Positions 61,724 to 64,000 of a DNA stretch of 64,000 bases are shown here, in pieces; the first letter of the stretch is position 1, and each line of letters begins with the position of its first letter. A program made the position numbers and the translations under genes. The stretch comes from Amoebidium appalachense (lineage: Eukaryota > Protista > Ichthyosporea): positions 1,178,001 through 1,242,000 of the forward strand of contig CAVNZM010000008.1 of assembly GCA_963693365.1 (NCBI GenBank). Reading direction: 5' to 3'. A model generated the notes under the pieces. That model did not search any database, was not told the DNA's origin, and saw nothing but the letters and a program-made list of their open reading frames with translations.

Positions 61724-62783
61724 ATGGTGGTGGTGGTGACAGGCAGACGTGTATGGACGGTTTAGGGGGAGTTATGGGGGAGGTAATTGACAAAATCAAC
61801 GTGTGGGGGGCCACAGGAGTCTAGAGCATTCAAAGATCTTATACGAGGACCAGAGCGCACTGCTCAGAGTGGCCTGGAATAAAACCGACCCAAATTACAT
61901 AGGTAAGGTGCGGGTTGAGGGGGGGGGGGGGGGGGGCGGGTTGAGGGGGGGGGGGGGGGGGGTCTAAGCTTCTACTGCACATAGTGTATAGTGGTGACTG
62001 GTGACTGATATTCATTTCGGAGCCATCTTTTTCTCAATATTTGTTTGCTCTGAGGATGCATGTTTTTGACATGGGCGATATCTGGTGGGTGTGCAAGAAC
62101 AAGATAGATGTGGGTGGATGGATTGGGCACGCGAGAAAGGCATGGGGGGTGTGGGGGTGCATCTTAGGTATGGATGCACGGGTGCGTGGGGGAAACGAGG
62201 GTGGGGGGGGGGGGGGGGGGGGGGTCGGGTGTGTGTGTGTGTGTGTGTGCGTGCGTGTGTGTGTGTGTGTTTGCGTGTGTGCGTATTGATGTGTGTGTAA
62301 CTGATTGTACTGGTGGTAAGAGTGCTAGTGATGCGTTCACAGGGTCAAGAAATGTTTGGCCTTTACAAAAAGATAAGTGTGCTGATCAAGTAGGCCAGTG
62401 AAGCCGTGATGAGATGCCTTTTGCTGAAAGGAGATTGGAAAGGGGTGCTGTTGGATTGCTCAGATGATGTGACATGTTACATGCTGCATCTAATCAATCT
62501 GCCGCGCCTTTGCTACTCAGCCAATTACATTACCGCACTGCTTTTTTCCTTTATCCTACCCAGTGTGTTTTTTTTCTCCCTCTCTTACATTTTCCCTTCC
62601 CTGTGTTTACACGACACTAACCCCATGCCCCCCTGCAGCCACGCTGGCCATCGACAGTGACAAAGTAGTAGTGATAGATGTCAGGGGCCCACCCACACCC
62701 ATAGCTGAGCTGATAGGCCACCAGGCAACAGTAAATGGCTTGGACTGGGCTCCTCACTCAAGCCATGTGTGCTCCGCAGGTAA

Positions 62784-62817
<34 letters not shown>

Positions 62818-63559
62818 GGGGGGGGGGGAAGGGGAGGACCTGGGCTCTGGATGTGTGTGTGTGGTTGGTTGAGGGGGAGGGGGTGGAAGGAAGGGGGGGG
62901 GGGGGGGGGGAAGCTACGAATGTGCATGTGGATGGTTGCGTAATCACATGGATGTGGTGGTGGTGGTGTGGTGTGTGTTTGGGGGAAAGGGGCGTAGTGA
63001 GTGGTGTTTGTGGATGGTTGTGTACGTGAGTGGATGTGGTGATGGTGGTGGTGGTGTGTGTGTGTGTGTGTGTGTGTTTGGTGGTGGTGGTGGTGGGAGG
63101 GGGGGGGGAGGGGGGGGGTCCTTTTTACGTGGGCGGGTGGCTTGGGTGGGTGTTTCGGTGCGGAGGTGTTAGGGTTTTATAGACAGTTATCCTCGAATTC
63201 TTTGGTTTGTGTGTGTGTTTTTGGGGGCCGGGGAGGGGAAGGGGGGGAGAGGGAGGGGTTACATTTGCAAGCTTTGGTGGAAGGTTGGTTTTTGGGAGAA
63301 GGAAGTACGTTGATTGGATCCCAGATATATGGTCTGACCTCAGTATCTCATGTATGTTTTTCTTTTCTCCACAGGAGACGACAAGCAGGCGCTGATTTGG
63401 AATGTAGGGCGCAGCAGCAGTGAGCGCTATAGATCACCCATATTGACATACACAGCAGAGTCAGAGGTCAACCACATAAGATGGTGCCCCACAGCCACTG
63501 ATGCTGTCAACTGGGTGGCCATATGCTTTGCTAACAAGCTGCAGATACTGAGGGTGTAG
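58231..63559 (+). CDS. DCAF7: WD40-repeat protein DCAF7/WDR68 (AN11/TTG1 family), ~329 aa
   Basis: Exons 58231-58365, 59556-59657/8, 60023-60124, 60848-60961, 61344-61468, 61817-61902, 62639-62779, 63375-63559. Family motifs [115 protein letters not shown]. One surplus G at the exon 2 donor (AAGG|GT). Confidence 0.96.
58338..58920 (+). repeat. 51-bp minisatellite (~12 copies) derived from the DCAF7 first-coding-exon/intron junction
   Basis: Unit TAGTTTCATCGAGGAATATGCAAACAAG|GTGGGTGAATACGGTGTGAATAC (17 codons, [17 protein letters not shown]); later copies degenerate. Confidence 0.95.
60146..60177 (+). repeat. Poly-C-anchored dispersed repeat, short copy in opposite orientation
   Basis: tgcgtacttcgtaccgtgttccgcattcaaac followed by poly-C is the reverse complement of the 29359 copy end. 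Confidence 0.7.
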
Positions 63560-64000
63560 GTCGGGAATATAGAGTTGATTTTTGGTCTCGATTTTGCTTG
63601 TTTATTCCTTGCTTAGGTGGTGGTGGTGGCTGGGAGCTTTTTTTTTTTTTTTTTTTTTCCCCTCGGGGGGGAGGGGGAGGGGGGGAGGGGGGGGGGGTCT
63701 GACGGGTGGTGTGTCTTGTTGACAAGTTTTTCTGAGCTAATATTAGTTGTGCTTTTTGGTTGATTGTGATTTGTGTATGGTAACGCAAGCTTTTATGTAC
63801 GGTGTGTGCATGGCGGCCGGGGGGGGGGGGGGGGGGGGGGGGATAATTTGTTATTTTGCGTTTTTTGAACAATAGGCCGGTAACCGTTGGTCTTGGCCGT
63901 ATGAGCAGGCTACTGTAGCTAGCTGGCACTAGCACCCTATTGGCTGAGGGGGGCAAATCCACGTGTTTGCTTTAACACGTGCCCCCATGCAGGCATGGCC

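Overview
Eukaryotic genomic window with GT-AG introns filled with (CA)n/(GT)n microsatellites and long poly-G/poly-C runs; it looks like a unicellular holozoan or similar protist, but the taxon cannot be fixed from sequence. Almost all ORFs in the supplied track are repeat translations, so I rebuilt the genes by hand from splice signals and reading phase. Genes found: a 2-exon orphan (6364-7349, +); a 10-exon PP2C/PPM phosphatase with C-terminal EF-hands (8849-19753, -); an intronless orphan (21908-22612, -); a ~20-exon, ~420-aa protein with a signal peptide, about 28 Cys-Pro motifs and a C-terminal KDEL (30387-42843, -); an F-box + LRR gene (~50531-55864, -); and DCAF7/WDR68 (58231-63559, +). 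Mobile DNA: a 5'-truncated LINE interrupted by an intact piggyBac-like transposon with an ATAT target duplication, two TTAA-flanked MITEs, a probable solo LTR and a dispersed repeat anchored to poly-C runs. The most striking item is the KDEL-tailed Cys-Pro repeat protein, a candidate ER-luminal multi-heme or metal-binding protein built by exon-module duplication. Two gene models need one G removed from a G-run to stay in frame, so homopolymer lengths in this assembly are probably unreliable.
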